Shown: positions 13,919-30,040, counted from the stretch's first letter. The stretch is 64,000 nt of DNA from Octopus vulgaris (GCA_951406725.2 OX597828.1:43896001-43960000); one strand, 5' to 3'. Notes: generated from the sequence alone by a model not told the origin. Made by a program: numbers and translations.

Positions 13919-14290
13919 GTAATGCTTAAAAATGTTGCGTCTTTTTTAGAGATGGCCCCTAATGTATGTAAATAACATAAGGTAGGGGAAGCGCTGGTTT
14001 TAATAAGACGAACATATGCTACACACTTCTCTCACACTCCAGCAATTAAGGTTTATGTTATGCCTCATTTAGTAGTCCTTAGTTAACTCCAAGCGCAATG
14101 TCTGTGGTGTTAAGTATATTTTTGCGGGGCATGCGTTCACTAGTGTTGTTGTTTATACATGGGATTAAGCATATGTATATATATACATGTAGACATATAC
14201 ATAATATATATATATATACATACACACACATCAATATATATATATAGAGAGGGAGAGAGCCGATAGGAGAGGTAGAGAGAGGGGGAAAGA

Positions 14291-14327
<37 letters not shown>

Positions 14328-14384
<57 letters not shown>

Positions 14385-14394
14385 CATAAGTATG

Positions 14395-14439
<45 letters not shown>

Positions 14440-14460
14440 GGATAGATAGATAGATAGATA
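14328..14460. repeat. (AGAT)n microsatellite
   Basis: Direct observation. Confidence 0.98.
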
Positions 14461-14873
14461 TAACTGTATACACAAACACACACACACACACAAGCACATA
14501 TAGATATATTGTATATCATATATATATGTATTTATGTATATGTCTTTCTATATATTCATATATATGAATTTATTTTGCATACATTGAGACGGTGTGTGTG
14601 TGTGTGTATGTGAATGTGTGTGTGTATTTTTCTGAAAAACAAAAACATTTATACCTGTTCATAACACGTTTAACGAAAACGTTCGCAGGCCTACACTAAT
14701 GACTATTTATTTGTATATATGTTTTTTGACAGAACTCGCATGCATTGACACACACATACACACACAGACATCACAAACGCACAGGCACACGGGCACACAA
14801 ACACAGAGACAAACAGCCACATAAACACACTCGTACACAAGTTATATAAACGCACACACAAACGCACACATAT

Positions 14874-14920
<47 letters not shown>

Positions 14921-15160
14921 AGAGAGAGAGAGAGTACAGTGTACGTACGCCGCTATATCTTATATATAAAAAAAAACATACAGTAATGCTCTCAGAATAT
15001 TTTTTCCTTGGGACTGTCCAGACTGGAGCAATCTCGAGTATAACCAGCCGAAATTGCAAGGATAATCTGGAACTCGACTGATGATAGAAAACTCCGAATG
15101 ATCCGTTCTTGCTTTCCTTGTATCGTCTATCTGGATATTTTGTTGTCTCTTTTTTGTATT

Positions 15161-15263
<103 letters not shown>

Positions 15264-15417
15264 AATATATGTATTTTCCCCTTGTTAACAATTAATACGG
15301 AAAAAATAGATAAATAGTTTCCAGGGTAGCAAAAAATCACACAAGTAAAAAGGTTGTAACTCTTTGTTTTTAAAGGTAGAAACTTCGGATTTACGTGAAA
15401 TTTTTGGTATCATATAT

Positions 15418-16344
15418 CTAAATAAACAAATGGGGTTAAACACATGTATTATTCAAATTCTTTTACTTCCGACACATGTGTTAAAGATATTACTGATATG
15501 ATTCCAAAGGAATAAAATGGTGTAAAACAATGTAATCTTCTCTTCAGGGAAGTGAAGAAATGAAACTCGACAATAAGACATTTTAACAGAAAATGATGGA
15601 TATGTATAGTGATTAACGGAACGCTATAAATATTGTTTCAGAGCTAGCCTATAGAAAGAGGAGGGATAAAGTAAAGAAAAACTAAATAAATGAGAAGTGT
15701 ATAACTATATGTATAGTAAATAAAACCATATAGACTAACAAACTTAATGTTTAAATTATATATAATGATAGAAATCACATATATGAACTAAAGGTGTGTT
15801 TCTGCCAATGCACGCTCTATAACTGTGCTTACAAGGTGATTTTTAGAAAAAAATTAAAATAGTTCAGAATTCCAGACAAAACAAATTTCCTTGCCTTTGT
15901 CATAATGTATCGAGATTGGGAGATTCAACCAATCTAAACTAAATTGTTTATTGTGGTCTTTTAGCTCCCAAATTTATTTACTAAGCCCTGTTATGTTACG
16001 TTTATTCCTATCCCAAAATGTAGAGTAATGATTAGAAATTATTTTAGATAATTGGAAATATGATCTTCCTTAATAAAAATATACTTCATTACGAGTAATA
16101 ATTATACACTGGTATATAGAATTTCGAATATTAGAGTTACTTGATATAAACTTGATTCTGTTGTAATTGACTTCAGATACAATAATCTTGTTATTAATAT
16201 TTCCAGAGGGAAATATTTCTGAAGAGAAGATTACATTGTTCTACACCATTTCATCCCTTTGGAATAATACTAGTGATATCTTCGAAAGATGTGTCGGAAG
16301 TAAAAGAATTTGAATAACACCTGTGTTTAACTCCATTTATTTAG
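15418..16344. mobile_element. Element bounded by ~130-bp diverged inverted repeats (probable non-autonomous DNA transposon remnant)
   Basis: 15418-15547 approximates the reverse complement of 16219-16344 (ttattcaaattcttttacttccgacacat; aacaatgtaatcttctcttcag). Confidence 0.75.
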
Positions 16345-16380
16345 TTACATATATATATACGTATATATATATGTGTACCG

Positions 16381-16682
<302 letters not shown>

Positions 16683-16853
16683 GTTGCTCCAGTTCCCTCA
16701 GCTGTAGAAATGAGTTGTAGCATTACTGGTGCTAAGCTGTATCAGCGGCGTGGAGATAGCAGGCTGATATGCATGGACGACTGCTGATCTCCCAGAAATA
16801 ACATTGCCTGGACTTGTACTTTGGCGGGAAATCTCCTAGGTTTCTTTACATTT

Positions 16854-16957
<104 letters not shown>

Positions 16958-17249
16958 ATTTTTATGTGTGAGCGTGTGTGTATCACGATATATATAAATA
17001 TATTTTTGTAACTGCTAATTAAAATTACATACAAATAAATGCATTAATTTAAATATTCGTGTAGACGAGTGTTAATGAATAGATAATTGTGGAATACGAA
17101 TTAAGGTACACATTGCTAACATGTTCGCGTGTTCTGATATGAAATACACACGTGTACAAATATACAAAATTAACTTAGATGCACACTAATATGCACTTGA
17201 ATATGTTCATACATGCATACATACATACATGTACATATACATACATACA

Positions 17250-17422
17250 GAGTTAATCCAAATAAGAAAGCACAAAAAACACAACAACGCGAGGACGTGG
17301 AACAAATATAGTATTATTGGACGTTTCGAGCGGAGCTCTTCGTCGGAAACATAGAAAAAGCAAAGATCCAGAGAAGGGAAGACTGAGGAAAAAAATCGCC
17401 AACGGTTCACACGCGGTCACAT
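17250..17422 (-). mobile_element. Inverted copy of 16381-16580 with an internal deletion
   Basis: Reverse complement reads accgttggcgattttttt...gtttccgacgaagagctccgctcgaaacgtccaataatactatatttgttccacgtc. Confidence 0.85.
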
Positions 17423-17444
17423 TTTGATATATACATATGTATAT

Positions 17445-17542
17445 CTTTTCTTCTTTTTTCTTTTACATGTTTCAGTCATTTGACTGCGGCCATGCTGGAG
17501 CACCGCCTTTAGTCGAGCAAATCGACCCCGGGACTTATTCTT

Positions 17543-17601
<59 letters not shown>

Positions 17602-17760
17602 GACAGGCTTCTTTCAGTTTCCGTCTACCAAATCCACTCACAAGGCATTGGTCGGCCCGGGGCTATAGCAGAAGACACTTGTCAAAGATGCCACGCAGTG
17701 GGACTGAACCCGGAACCATGTGGTTGGTTAGCAAACTACTTACCACACAGCCACTCCTGC
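17445..17760 (-). mobile_element. SINE family A with long internal (TA)n
   Basis: Tail tttcagtcatttgactgcggccatgctggagcacc and head gggactgaacccggaaccatgtgg. Confidence 0.92.
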
Positions 17761-17794
17761 TTATATATATATATATATATTTTCATTTATATAT

Positions 17795-17869
<75 letters not shown>

Positions 17870-18186
17870 CATATTAGTAAATAATTATCATTCACACGTT
17901 ATTATATAAAGATATTGAAGTGCGCAAGAAATTGGGAAGGAGTTATCATAGTGCGAATGACAAAATGCATTCACACTTCCACGCATGGTTAGCTGCAATA
18001 TACACATTTCTGTAAAAGGAGATGTATCACCATTGTCATTCCATATATTTCCAAGTATTTCTTTCGGTAATTAGACTGTACATCCTGTCTAAATATCCAA
18101 GTGCTATCTAATTAAAACATCTCTCATATCATAATTGCGCGGCGAATTGGAATTTCAAATTTCGAGATTTACACATAATCACGTAA

Positions 18187-18189
18187 GTA

Positions 18190-18232
<43 letters not shown>

Positions 18233-18294
18233 TAATAATAATAATATTAATAATGATGATGATGATAATGATAATAATAACAATAATAATAATG

Positions 18295-18361
<67 letters not shown>

Positions 18362-18365
18362 TAAC

Positions 18366-18402
<37 letters not shown>

Positions 18403-18458
18403 TTAATGATAACAATAATAATAATAATAATAATAACAATAATAATAATAATAATAAT
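18187..18458. repeat. (AAT)n microsatellite with GAT/AAC interruptions
   Basis: Direct observation. Confidence 0.98.
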
Positions 18459-18756
18459 GCGTGTCTTCAAACAATAAGATGTATTCTTATTTCTCCAATT
18501 ATTATATTCTTTTTAAGAAAATTATTTCGCTCTCAATTTTACAGATGTGGTATAAACCGGTTATTTCTTATTTCTATGAACTTTATAAAGGTATTGTTGT
18601 TGTCGTTGTTTTCAATGTTGTTGTCGTGTTGTAGTTAGTGTTCGACGATCTTATGAAATTTCTTGTTCTATTTCTCTTTGCAAAATAATTCTTTTCCGCT
18701 CGGTCGAGTGCACAGTTCCATGGTGCCGGTATCTCATACCATTTGATATACACACA

Positions 18757-18805
<49 letters not shown>

Positions 18806-18897
18806 GTTAACTACATACACGCATATAAATTATATATGTATATATTAAATACATACATGCATAAAAATTATATATATATATATGTAGAGAGAGAGAA

Positions 18898-18930
<33 letters not shown>

Positions 18931-19016
18931 GACAGGGAAAGAGAGATTCATATATATAATAAATAACCTATAAATTATATTATACATATCAATATATATT
19001 CACACGTGTATGCATG

Positions 19017-19069
<53 letters not shown>

Positions 19070-19424
19070 GCGTGATATATATAGTTATATATATAATACA
19101 ATTTATAGATTATTATATATATGAATCTCTCTCTTTCACTACACACACACATATATATATATATATACACATATATATATATACATATATATACATATAT
19201 ACACACATATATATAGATATGTATACATACATGCATACAAATTAAAATATTTTTAGGTATATATGAATACATCTATAAATATATACATAATACATTACTG
19301 ATGTACGTACATATTTGCGTACGTAAGTGTGTGCGCATGTGTGCGTCTGTATGCATGCAACTATCTATGTATTTGTTTGTAAATATATATATATATTTAT
19401 ATATGTATATAGGCATATATTTAT

Positions 19425-19498
<74 letters not shown>

Positions 19499-21029
19499 CC
19501 TATATAACATGTATGCATGCAAGCATATATATACATATTATATATATATATATAAACCTATACATACATACATATGTGTGTGTGTGTGTGTGAGTGTGTG
19601 TGTGTGTGTATAGACAAATACATATATATGTGTGTATGTGAGTAGGAATACAACCCAATCCGCTTTAGAATAGTTGTTGACCGAGATGTATCCAAGTCTA
19701 GGTAGTTTATCTGGTGTCCGTTGAGAAATTTCTTGAATTATCTTTTCGAAATCACGGGATCTGTCTTTTCTTTAAGTTGGTTTAGGATAATAACAAACAG
19801 AAAAATGCTGGCTGAGGAAAGGTAATTATTTTGAAATCTGATTATGTATTTTGAGCTTAATCTCACTCTTACTCTCCAATGTGCTTTCCACGTTTTCATG
19901 TTGGACGTGGAGAACGTCTTTAGTTAGCATACGTGTTTTATACTGTATAGCCCTAGGTAAACATGTCTGAGAAGATAACGATTGACAGCATCACAGCTGT
20001 GACAAACTGCTTTGTCTGTAAATGATATCGACGTTTAGGATTTTTTTTATCGAATTCGCTTTCAAATTCTTTATATGGTGAATGCAATTTAAAGAAGATT
20101 TTCTAGTTATTTCCAGCAGGTCGCACATTGCTTAATTCTTTATAAGTTTAGTTTTCTCTTTCAATGATGTATTCGATTATGCGGTAAGGTTAACTCCAAG
20201 GCATTTTAACACCTACGATACGTATACGAGGTATCAACCAATAAATCTAATAGTGGTCTTCAGATGTTAATAAACCCTCTCCGATGTGTTTTATAATGTC
20301 AAATAACTTGTCTGTCACAAGTAACATTTGCTCTTCTGTTTAATTATTGATATTGTTGTATTACTGATCAATAATGCTCCGCCTTGACTTCTACTATTTC
20401 TTGGCGTATAAGTTTTGTTAATTATCTTTTTAGATATTACACGAAGAGGGGAAAAAGCAATCAGTGAAGTGTCAAATTTCTGAAGGAAGCATCATTTTTA
20501 TTCTAGAATACTTACAAGGTGAAGTAGCTCAAGCGAGTCTGTAAATATTGAGTCTAAGGCTCAGGTTAAAAGTACAGTTCACATCACTAAAAATTATGCT
20601 AGTAGAATTTTTGTACCCTTTTGCACTTCTTAGTAAATATGAAAACAAAGTGGGATTTTCCATTATTCTTCTTATTCTATCTTTGCTACGGTGTTATACT
20701 GAGAAAAAAGACACCTTCAAACCATGTCAATTTATATTTTAAGCCCCAATATAATCTAGCAGGTGAAGTTTTGATTTTTCCTACTAAATTAGATGGTAAA
20801 ATGTTTTTATTTTTTCATTTCTTCGTGTGAAATTTTATCCCTAATTTTTGGTTATAGAACTTAGCTGTTATTTCTAGCGTGTTGAATCCCATGAGTGGAT
20901 TCCTTATGTGTTTAAATGTACACTGTATTTTATGACTAATACATAGTCATTTGGGCTAAATTTTTACATGCTAGGCCACTGGAAATGAAAATTTCTATTT
21001 ATTTCCATTTCCCTTTGATATGATTAAGT

Positions 21030-21108
<79 letters not shown>

Positions 21109-21204
21109 GTGAATTTTTTCAGTAAATACTAAAATACTGTATTTTCAAATACTATATTCCCTGCATTAGATATTATATTTAAAATAAATTGTATTAAATA
21201 TAGA

Positions 21205-21277
21205 TTTTCAATGACGGTCAAAAGTGACCGCTATGGTCCTTCTGGGAAGTAGGTAATGTTGGTACATCTAGTGTTAA
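21205..21277. mobile_element. Possible piggyBac-type transposon terminus
   Basis: Subterminal palindrome ggtcaaaagtgacc, then ctagtg|TTAA. The partner end was not found. Confidence 0.3.
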
Positions 21278-21708
21278 AGGACACTGCTCTCGTTGACTTT
21301 TAGCTATGTTGCTAATCAATTAGGAATATGAACAGGAAAGTTTCTCTTAATCATCCTTTTTGTTTCTATTTATGGCGTAATGGACATTCATTTCTTATCT
21401 TGGTGTTGAAAACCATAACTTTCTGAAGAATTTAGGAGGTGGGTAGAATGGTTTAGCTGTATTTTGTCTACTCTTATATCTAATATCTTAGTTCATCTGC
21501 AAACGCATAGTTACGGGGTGGGGTTTGAAATAAGAACACCCCAGACTAAAATTCAAAATCCTTAGGTGAAATTAAAATGAAATGCGATAAATAAAATGCT
21601 GCAGTGAATGTACCACTCACGGAAACAGGAATAGAATATACATATATTAATATATGCATTTATACACACATATGGATAAATATACATATATGTATATATG
21701 TGTTTGTG

Positions 21709-21737
<29 letters not shown>

Positions 21738-21739
<2 letters not shown>

Positions 21740-21968
21740 TTCTTTACTACTCACAAGGGGCTAAACATAGAGGGGACAAACAAGGATAGACAAAGAGATT
21801 AAGTCGATTACATCGACCCCAGTGCGAAACTGGTGCTTTATTTATCGACCCCGAAAGGATGAAAGGCAAAGTCGACCTCGGCGGAATTTGAACTCAGAAC
21901 GTAACGACAGACGAAATACCGGTAAGCATTTCGCCCGACACGCTAACGTTTCTGCCAGCTCGCCGCCT
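21738..21968 (-). mobile_element. SINE family B, full-length monomer
   Basis: The - strand begins aggcggcgagctggcagaaacgttagc, with B-box gagttcaaattcc and tail ccccttgtgagtagtaaagaaata. Confidence 0.92.
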
Positions 21969-21969
21969 C

Positions 21970-22010
<41 letters not shown>

Positions 22011-23485
22011 GAGAGATAAAAATATATATGTATATGTATGGTAGGGGGATACGTACGTATGAAAGGCATAAAGTAGAGATTATAAAGGATTCAGAAAGAA
22101 AGTCAGAACAAAATGAAGAACAAAAGGTAAGCAAGTGTAAGTGTTTTGTGAGAGTAAGAGGAGGGTGAGATCTAAAATAAGATGAAATACATAGTTTTCA
22201 TGACAAACTTTGTGAAAAAGGAAAAAAACTTACAAATGGTTATGCATAATTATATAAATCAGTATCTACCCACGTATATAGAAATATATGTGTATGCATA
22301 TATGTATGTATTATATATGTATGATATATATATATATATATATGTATATATATGTATGTATATATGTATATACACATGCATATATGTGTCTGTACGTGTT
22401 AGGACATATATGTATAATATGTATACTCTCAGACACATTTTGGCAAAGAATTAGTTCATAAAAATTTTGCATCCACACAACCACAAGGAGAAACCAGTAA
22501 ATACGTAAAAATATAAACAAAACAAAAATAATAAAGTATAACTGAAATAAATACATTTATATTTACTATACAGATCTTTATATATTTTTGTATTTAATAT
22601 AATCACCAGTAAAAGTAAGTAACATAATAGATATTAATGATACTTTTATATTTGTATATATTTTTCTAGAATTATTTTTTATTATGCGTGTCTTCATTTT
22701 ATTTTTATCAAATTCTTTTTTTTTTTTTCGTGTAATTTATCTAATTTATTCTCATCAGATATATAACAAAATAAAAGCAAAAATGAATGCAAAAAATGAT
22801 AAAAAAAAACAAATAATAATTTCTATCTTTCTGATTTCAAATGAAGTTCTCTTAATAAATCTTGAAAACGTTTATTGGGCTGTGAATCTTCATCAATTCA
22901 TTTGAGTTGTTCACCATTCTAAGCTTAACAAAAGCTATCGCCAGTTTCCTTCTTTCTAATTTCCACATTATTCTTCCAGAGAGAACATAAGACATAGGAA
23001 TTAGCGTTGCAAGAAGTTTTAATGTTATATCGTTGTTGACAGACCGCAGTGTGATGGTGTAGAAAACACAGCAAGTGTAAAATTGTAATAGTCAACCCCA
23101 CTCCATACACAAACACACAGACGCACACAGACCTCCCCCACACATACACACGCACACGCACATGCGCACGTACACATATATTTAAATATAAATACACACA
23201 CATACAACCATTGCATGCATGGCTCTCTCTCTCTATATATATAATTTTGTATATACACATGAAAAATTTATGACGAAATTATAATATATACGTCTATACA
23301 CATACACACACAAACATATATACATGAAAACACATGTATACACATAGATAGATAGATTACTAGACAAATGCATAAATATATACATCTGTATATATAAACA
23401 AGGGCATATATATATATATATATACATATATAAATATATATATATATATATACATACATACACGCACACACATACACACATACAC

Positions 23486-23594
<109 letters not shown>

Positions 23595-23890
23595 ATGAGT
23601 ATTTTCACGCGCTATCTGGCAGAGTTATTAAGAAACTTTCAGAAACTTTCGGAATAGAAAAAGATATTTTTTTTTTGTTTTAAACATGTGTATACGTTTC
23701 TGTATGCGTATGTGTGTATAAGTTGTACGAAAACATATAAGTAAACATGAAACGGCAAACTGATTATTTGCGCATGCGTATATATATTACGCGCGGTTTG
23801 TATGCCTTCAATGCCATGCGAATATATAAGCAAATGGGCAATATCATTTAAATAAAAGATGATAGGTTTATACGTATATGGGTCTTATTA

Positions 23891-23921
<31 letters not shown>

Positions 23922-24112
23922 GATACAGAGATTACAAGAATATGTAATTACACTTTCGATGCAATTAAATGCACGCATGGCAACATAAAAACAATGTTGT
24001 GTACAAAGACATAGGACACTTTCATAATCTCGAACACCCTAACAAAATGCATACATACATGTACACCTATTATCTCTTACCCTTTCTTCTTGCCTATGAA
24101 GGGAGATACGTA

Positions 24113-24197
<85 letters not shown>

Positions 24198-24236
24198 ATG
24201 AATATGTGTATATGTATATATATGTATGTATAGATG

Positions 24237-24267
<31 letters not shown>

Positions 24268-24395
24268 ATATATATATATGTATATATTGATAGATAGAGA
24301 GATAGATAGATAGATATAGATATATACATATATATATACATGCATATATAGATATACCTGTGTGTGTATGTATATATATATGTATACGTATGTGC

Positions 24396-24530
<135 letters not shown>

Positions 24531-25190
24531 TACATATATATATATGCATATGTATACACCTTATAAACAAATATACCGTGCTGATATATAAGCGCAAACA
24601 AAAATAAGCATGTATACAAATATATACGTATATCTATGTATGTATATGTATGTACACAGTTATGTATATGTATATTTATGTATGTATATGTGTGTGTTCT
24701 TTTGTACACATTTATACATTTGTGTCTGTAAATGTGAGCTTGTATATATGTACGAATCTGCAAATAAAATATATGATGTGTGTCGGGGACTGGTAGCGGT
24801 TGGGGTATGTATATTTGTTGAATATTGCTGTATATAAAATTACATAGGATTCTTGTGTCCAAGAGAATGTGAAAATTTATCGATATATTTATATCCATTT
24901 TAGTTCCTTAGAAATGCGATAATGAATGCAAATGGTAGTTGGAAATATTTAGAAATAGGAGCTGACGATGGCAATGATGATAATAGTAGTTGATGGTAAT
25001 AATGATGATGAGGAGGAGGAGGAAGAGGAGGAGGACGATGACGACGATAACGACGATGATGACGATGATGATGATGATGATGATGATAATGATGATAATG
25101 GTGATGTTGCAAAAAGAAACGAGCAATATTACAGTAGAAAAGTGGAAGGAACACGGTGACAAGCATGCACAAGTATACAAATATATATCT

Positions 25191-25195
<5 letters not shown>

Positions 25196-25224
<29 letters not shown>

Positions 25225-25418
25225 TGTATGTATGTATGTATGTATGTATGTATGCATGTATGTACGTACGTACGTATGTATGTATGTATGTATGTATGTA
25301 TGTATGTATGTATGCATGCATGTACGTACGTATGTATGTATGTATGTATGTATGTATGTATGTATGTATGTATGTATGTATGTATGTATGTATGTATGTA
25401 TGTATGTATGTATGTATG
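25196..25418. repeat. (TATG)n microsatellite
   Basis: Direct observation. Confidence 0.98.
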
Positions 25419-25640
25419 TGGCAGAAACGTTAGCACGCCGGGCGAAATGCGTAGCCGTATTTCGTCTGCCGTTACATTCTGAGTTCAAATTCCGGCGAGG
25501 TCGACTTTGCCTTTCATCCTTTCGGGTTCGATAAATTAATCACCAGTTACGCACTGGGGTCGATTTAATCGACTTAATCCCTTTGTCTGTCCTTGTTTGT
25601 CCTGTCTGTGTGTTTAGCTCCTTGTGGGTAATAAAGAAAC
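25418..25640 (+). mobile_element. SINE family B within (TATG)n
   Basis: tggcagaaacgttagcacgccgggcgaaatg...ttgtgggtaataaagaaac. Confidence 0.92.
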
Positions 25641-25646
25641 AGTATG

Positions 25647-25680
<34 letters not shown>

Positions 25681-25820
25681 TGTATGTATGTATGTATGTA
25701 TGTATGTATGTATGTATGTATGTATGTATGTTTTTGTGTATATATGTATATACGGATGTTCATATGCATGTGAGTGTGTATGTGAATATGGACACGCACA
25801 TAGACACATACATTTATATA

Positions 25821-25851
<31 letters not shown>

Positions 25852-25896
25852 TCGTATCCTTCTGTGTATCTCTCTATCTCTCTCTCTCTCTCTCCC

Positions 25897-25962
<66 letters not shown>

Positions 25963-25967
25963 TATAT

Positions 25968-26271
<304 letters not shown>

Positions 26272-26489
26272 TATAGGTTTTTGTGCGTGTGCGTGCGTGT
26301 TTAATTTACATGCGTTGCTATTTTGAAAGTTTGCTGTGAAATTGCGTTTGTACTGCAGATTGCAGCAAAAGTATCTCCCTGAAACGGTCACCTTCATTCA
26401 GAAAGGTTTTAACGGCAAGCGCGTGGTGTACAGCGATCAACACCATGGTATTAAATGAAAAGAAGAAATAATAGAGCCAATTGTAAAAT

Positions 26490-26935
26490 ATCGGTTTCGA
26501 ATTTTAGTACAAGGCCAGTCATTTCGAGGGAGGGGGCCAAGTCGATTCCATCGACCCCAATACTCAACTGGTACATTTTTTGTCGATTTCAAAAGGGTGA
26601 TCGGAAAATATTGACCACGGGGAATTTGAACTCAGAACGTAGAAACGGATAAAATGCCGATAAGTATTTTACCCGGAGTGGTGGTAAACGATTCTGCTAG
26701 CTCGCCGCTTTAGAGAATGGTAAAATATTGATTTCATATTTGAGCACAAGGCCAGAAATTTCAGGGACAGTGTACGTTGAATGCCTCAATCCAAGTACTC
26801 AACTGGTACTTATTTAATCGAAGGATGAAATGTAATGCGACCAGCCCAGAATTTGAAGTCAAAACGTAGAAACGAACGAAATTCAGATAAACATTTTATC
26901 TGATACACTAAACGATTTTACCACCTCGTCGCATT
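26490..26935 (-). mobile_element. Two tandem diverged SINE family B copies
   Basis: Two units, each with acaaggccag...ctcaactggtac...gaatttgaa...aacgtagaaacg...ctcg(c/t)cgc. Confidence 0.8.
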
Positions 26936-28502
26936 AGAGAAGGGTAAAATATTAGCCGTAATGCAGCAGAAAATACCATGGTAACCTCTATTTAGCAAAT
27001 CCGTATTATTTTAGCCGCCGGTCAGACATTTTGACTTAATTTCAAATGGCGAATCACGCCCTGGAGAACTAAAAATATATTTAATTTCTCTGAGAAAATG
27101 CCAACTTAACAGTGTCTTTAAAACTAAGTATGGCTTTGGTATATTAATGGACAAATGGAGTATTAGAATCGACTCTACTTTAAAGTATTTTAACATGGTA
27201 TTGTGGAATGAGAAGTCTGTTGTTTCTGCTTTAATGCAGTTTGATTTTTTTTCTAGTATTGGAATTTTTTTCTGTTTTGTAAATTTGTTTTACTGAAATC
27301 CTCTTAACTATGACATTGAAATGCTAACTATATTATTATTGCAGACATCTTTTTTAACAGTAAAAGTTTTAAATCTAGACAATATCATTATCACGTCAAA
27401 ACAGAATTAGGAAAGAATATGTGAAACCTCACTCAATTCTATGTATGCATGCATAAATATGTATATATGTATTTGCGTGCATAGAAGTGTATGTACATGC
27501 TTACATATGTATGTGTATGTATCTATCTTTGTATGAATGCATACAGCCAGGCAAAAACATAGACATACACACACACACATATATATGATATAATATATAA
27601 TAAATAATGTATAAAGTATAATAAAACGCATATAAATTTAGCAATGCCATATTTTGCAAATACTGAAAAATGCTAAAAATACCCTTTCTCGTAAGAAAAG
27701 AACCCACAAGTAAGTTCACGAATATCTAACATCACCCACACATTCATATATATTACTTAACTCACACGCACACAGATAGATATTATTCTTTACTGACATT
27801 AACTTCATCGGACTGCGACCTTTTAAGTTAATCTTGGCTCTATATAGTCTCTCTTGAGATTAAATTTTTCTCCACCAACAACATTTACATCTTAGGGCAT
27901 CCTCTTGCGAATATCAATGTACAAAAATAAACAATTTTCTATACGAACAACACCATGATATGCTAGACTAATAACTTCGAGCTTCCAGGAGTAAAATTCG
28001 AACTTTACATTGCCAAAACAAAGGAGTAAATCCAGAAAAAAATAGTAATGACATATGCACTGCCCAGAAAGCTTCCTCCAACTAACTACATTTTGTGAAC
28101 CACTAAAACCTATCCCATGACCGGAAGCTGATGCACCTACATATACACGTCTGTTTTCAAAGTTTTACACGCAAGAATATATTCTCTACAATGATATAAC
28201 TCACAAGTTAATAAATAAAGATATCTCCACATCGCTTCTCCATCATAACCCAACCTACAACTTAATTACCTTTTCAACTGAACCCCACGAAATACAGATC
28301 TCGGTGTTCAATTACCGCAAATAACTTTGTATTTCACCTTTTCATTGGAGGTCGAAAAATTAAGGAAGAGTCAAGTTTATGGGGTCAGTTCTTTATTCTC
28401 TGTTTACTTGTTTGTTTGTCTTTCTCTGTCTCTATCTCTGTCTGTCTGTCTCTATCTCTGTCTGTCTGTCTCTCTCTCTGTCTCTCTCTCTCTCTCTCTG
28501 TT

Positions 28503-29265
28503 AATGAAGAAAGTGTTTGTGCTTGAATGGGATGGATACCACATCATTAGTTCTGTAAATCCCCGAGACATGTCGTATGTCCAGAAGCCGTCCTCACTAT
28601 TTGAGAGTCAAAAACCAAAATCAAGTTCCAGAATTTACATCTAACGGTAAAACTACAGAATGATTTCAACGTTCATTTTTAATAAAGAAACTAAAACCCA
28701 AACCTGTGAAAACCCTGAGTCTATAAATAGAACATAAAAGTTTATACAATTTGTAAATAAGAGAAATACGTTAGTCGTATGAAGAATTCATATCAGTGGC
28801 AGAGCCCTTCTTTTTAAAGATTTTTTTTAAAGATTCGTGCAAGTAAAAATAGTAAATCACTTATAACTGTTTACATTGATGTCACTCATGGCTTCTTTCC
28901 AGAACCAACCAGAGATTTGCAACTCAGGAAACCAAGATAATGACATAGATGTGAAGCATCTTTTTGTACTTATGTGCTTCATCTCAAACTACTGTTAATG
29001 CGATAAGTTTTTATATGACTATGAAGACTTATAACTACCTATAACTATAATGAACGTTTACGTGGTTGGTAAATGCATGTGTTCAGCTATAAATATATTC
29101 ATAAATACCTCTCTCTCTCTTTCTCTCCCTCCCTTTCCATGAAGGAATTCTTTGTGTTCGAATGGGATGGACACCACATCATTAGTTCTCTAAATTACCG
29201 AGAGGTCCTCACTATTTAAGAGCAGAAAACCGAGATCAAATTCCAGAGTTTACATCTAACAGCAA
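28503..29265 (+). repeat. Diverged direct duplication (~28503-28650 and ~29139-29265)
   Basis: Shared gaatgggatgga-accacatcattagttct, gtcctcactattt, ttccaga-tttacatctaac; both copies follow a (CT)n tract. Confidence 0.85.
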
Positions 29266-29339
29266 CACATTATTTACATTATTCACATTATACCCTCCAG
29301 CCTTCATCAGGGAAACTTTCAAACCTGAGTATTTTTCGA

Positions 29340-29433
<94 letters not shown>

Positions 29434-29545
29434 TTTCTTCCTTCAAATTTTCTTCCGTTTCTCGCCGAGTGTTTTCGTACACCTAGGGCAGAGAAGACCA
29501 TTGTATGCATTCCCAGATTACACACGCAAATTCATAGGTAAAATA
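29340..29545 (-). mobile_element. Probable non-LTR retroelement 3' end running into an (AAT)n/(AAC)n tail
   Basis: Complex ~110-bp segment ending gaaaatttgaaggaagaaaa(aat)n on the - strand. Confidence 0.35.
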
Positions 29546-29655
29546 TGTATTTAAAAAATTAAGGAATAAATAAATTCATGAATGGAAATTGTTTTCACAT
29601 CGATAATGCTCTTTTCAGTACATGATCCGTTCCTATCATCATTACTATTGTTATT

Positions 29656-30024
29656 GTGGAGGCGCAATGGCCCAGTAGTTAGGGCAGCGGACTCGCGGTC
29701 ATAGGATCGCGGTTTCGATTCCCAGACCGGGCGTTGTGAGTGTTTATTGAGCGAAAACACCTAAAAGCTCCACGAGGCTCCGGCAGGGGATGGTGGTGAT
29801 CCCTGCTGTACTCTTTCACCACAACTTTCTCTCACTCTTACTTCCTGTTTCTGTTGTACCTGTATTTCAAAGGGCCGGCCTTGTCACTCTCTGTGTCACG
29901 CTGAATATCCCCGAGAACTACGTTAAGGAGTGCTCAGCCACTTACACGTTAATTTCACGAGCAGGCTGTTCCGTTGATTCGGATCAATCGGAACGCTCGT
30001 CGTCGTAACCGACGGAGTGCTTCC
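29656..30024 (+). mobile_element. SINE family C (tRNA-derived, OR-like), full-length with target-site duplication
   Basis: A-box tggcccagtagtt, B-box ggtttcgattccc; 12-bp TSD actattgttatt at 29644-29655 and 30025-30036. Confidence 0.9.
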
Positions 30025-30040
30025 ACTATTGTTATTATTA

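Noticed and set aside
22980-23070. Strong splice acceptor (ttctttctaatttccacattattcttccag)
   Set aside because: All three frames hit stops within 25 nt and no good donor follows.
29290-29325. CUGAUGA-AGGCUG on the - strand (hammerhead core start); also CUGAAGA near 52235
   Set aside because: The complementary stem II strand and GAAA are missing, so the fold cannot be completed.
29656-29735. tRNA-like sequence
   Set aside because: It is the head of a TSD-flanked SINE continuing into a ~290-bp body with related copies; there is no proper acceptor stem or terminator.
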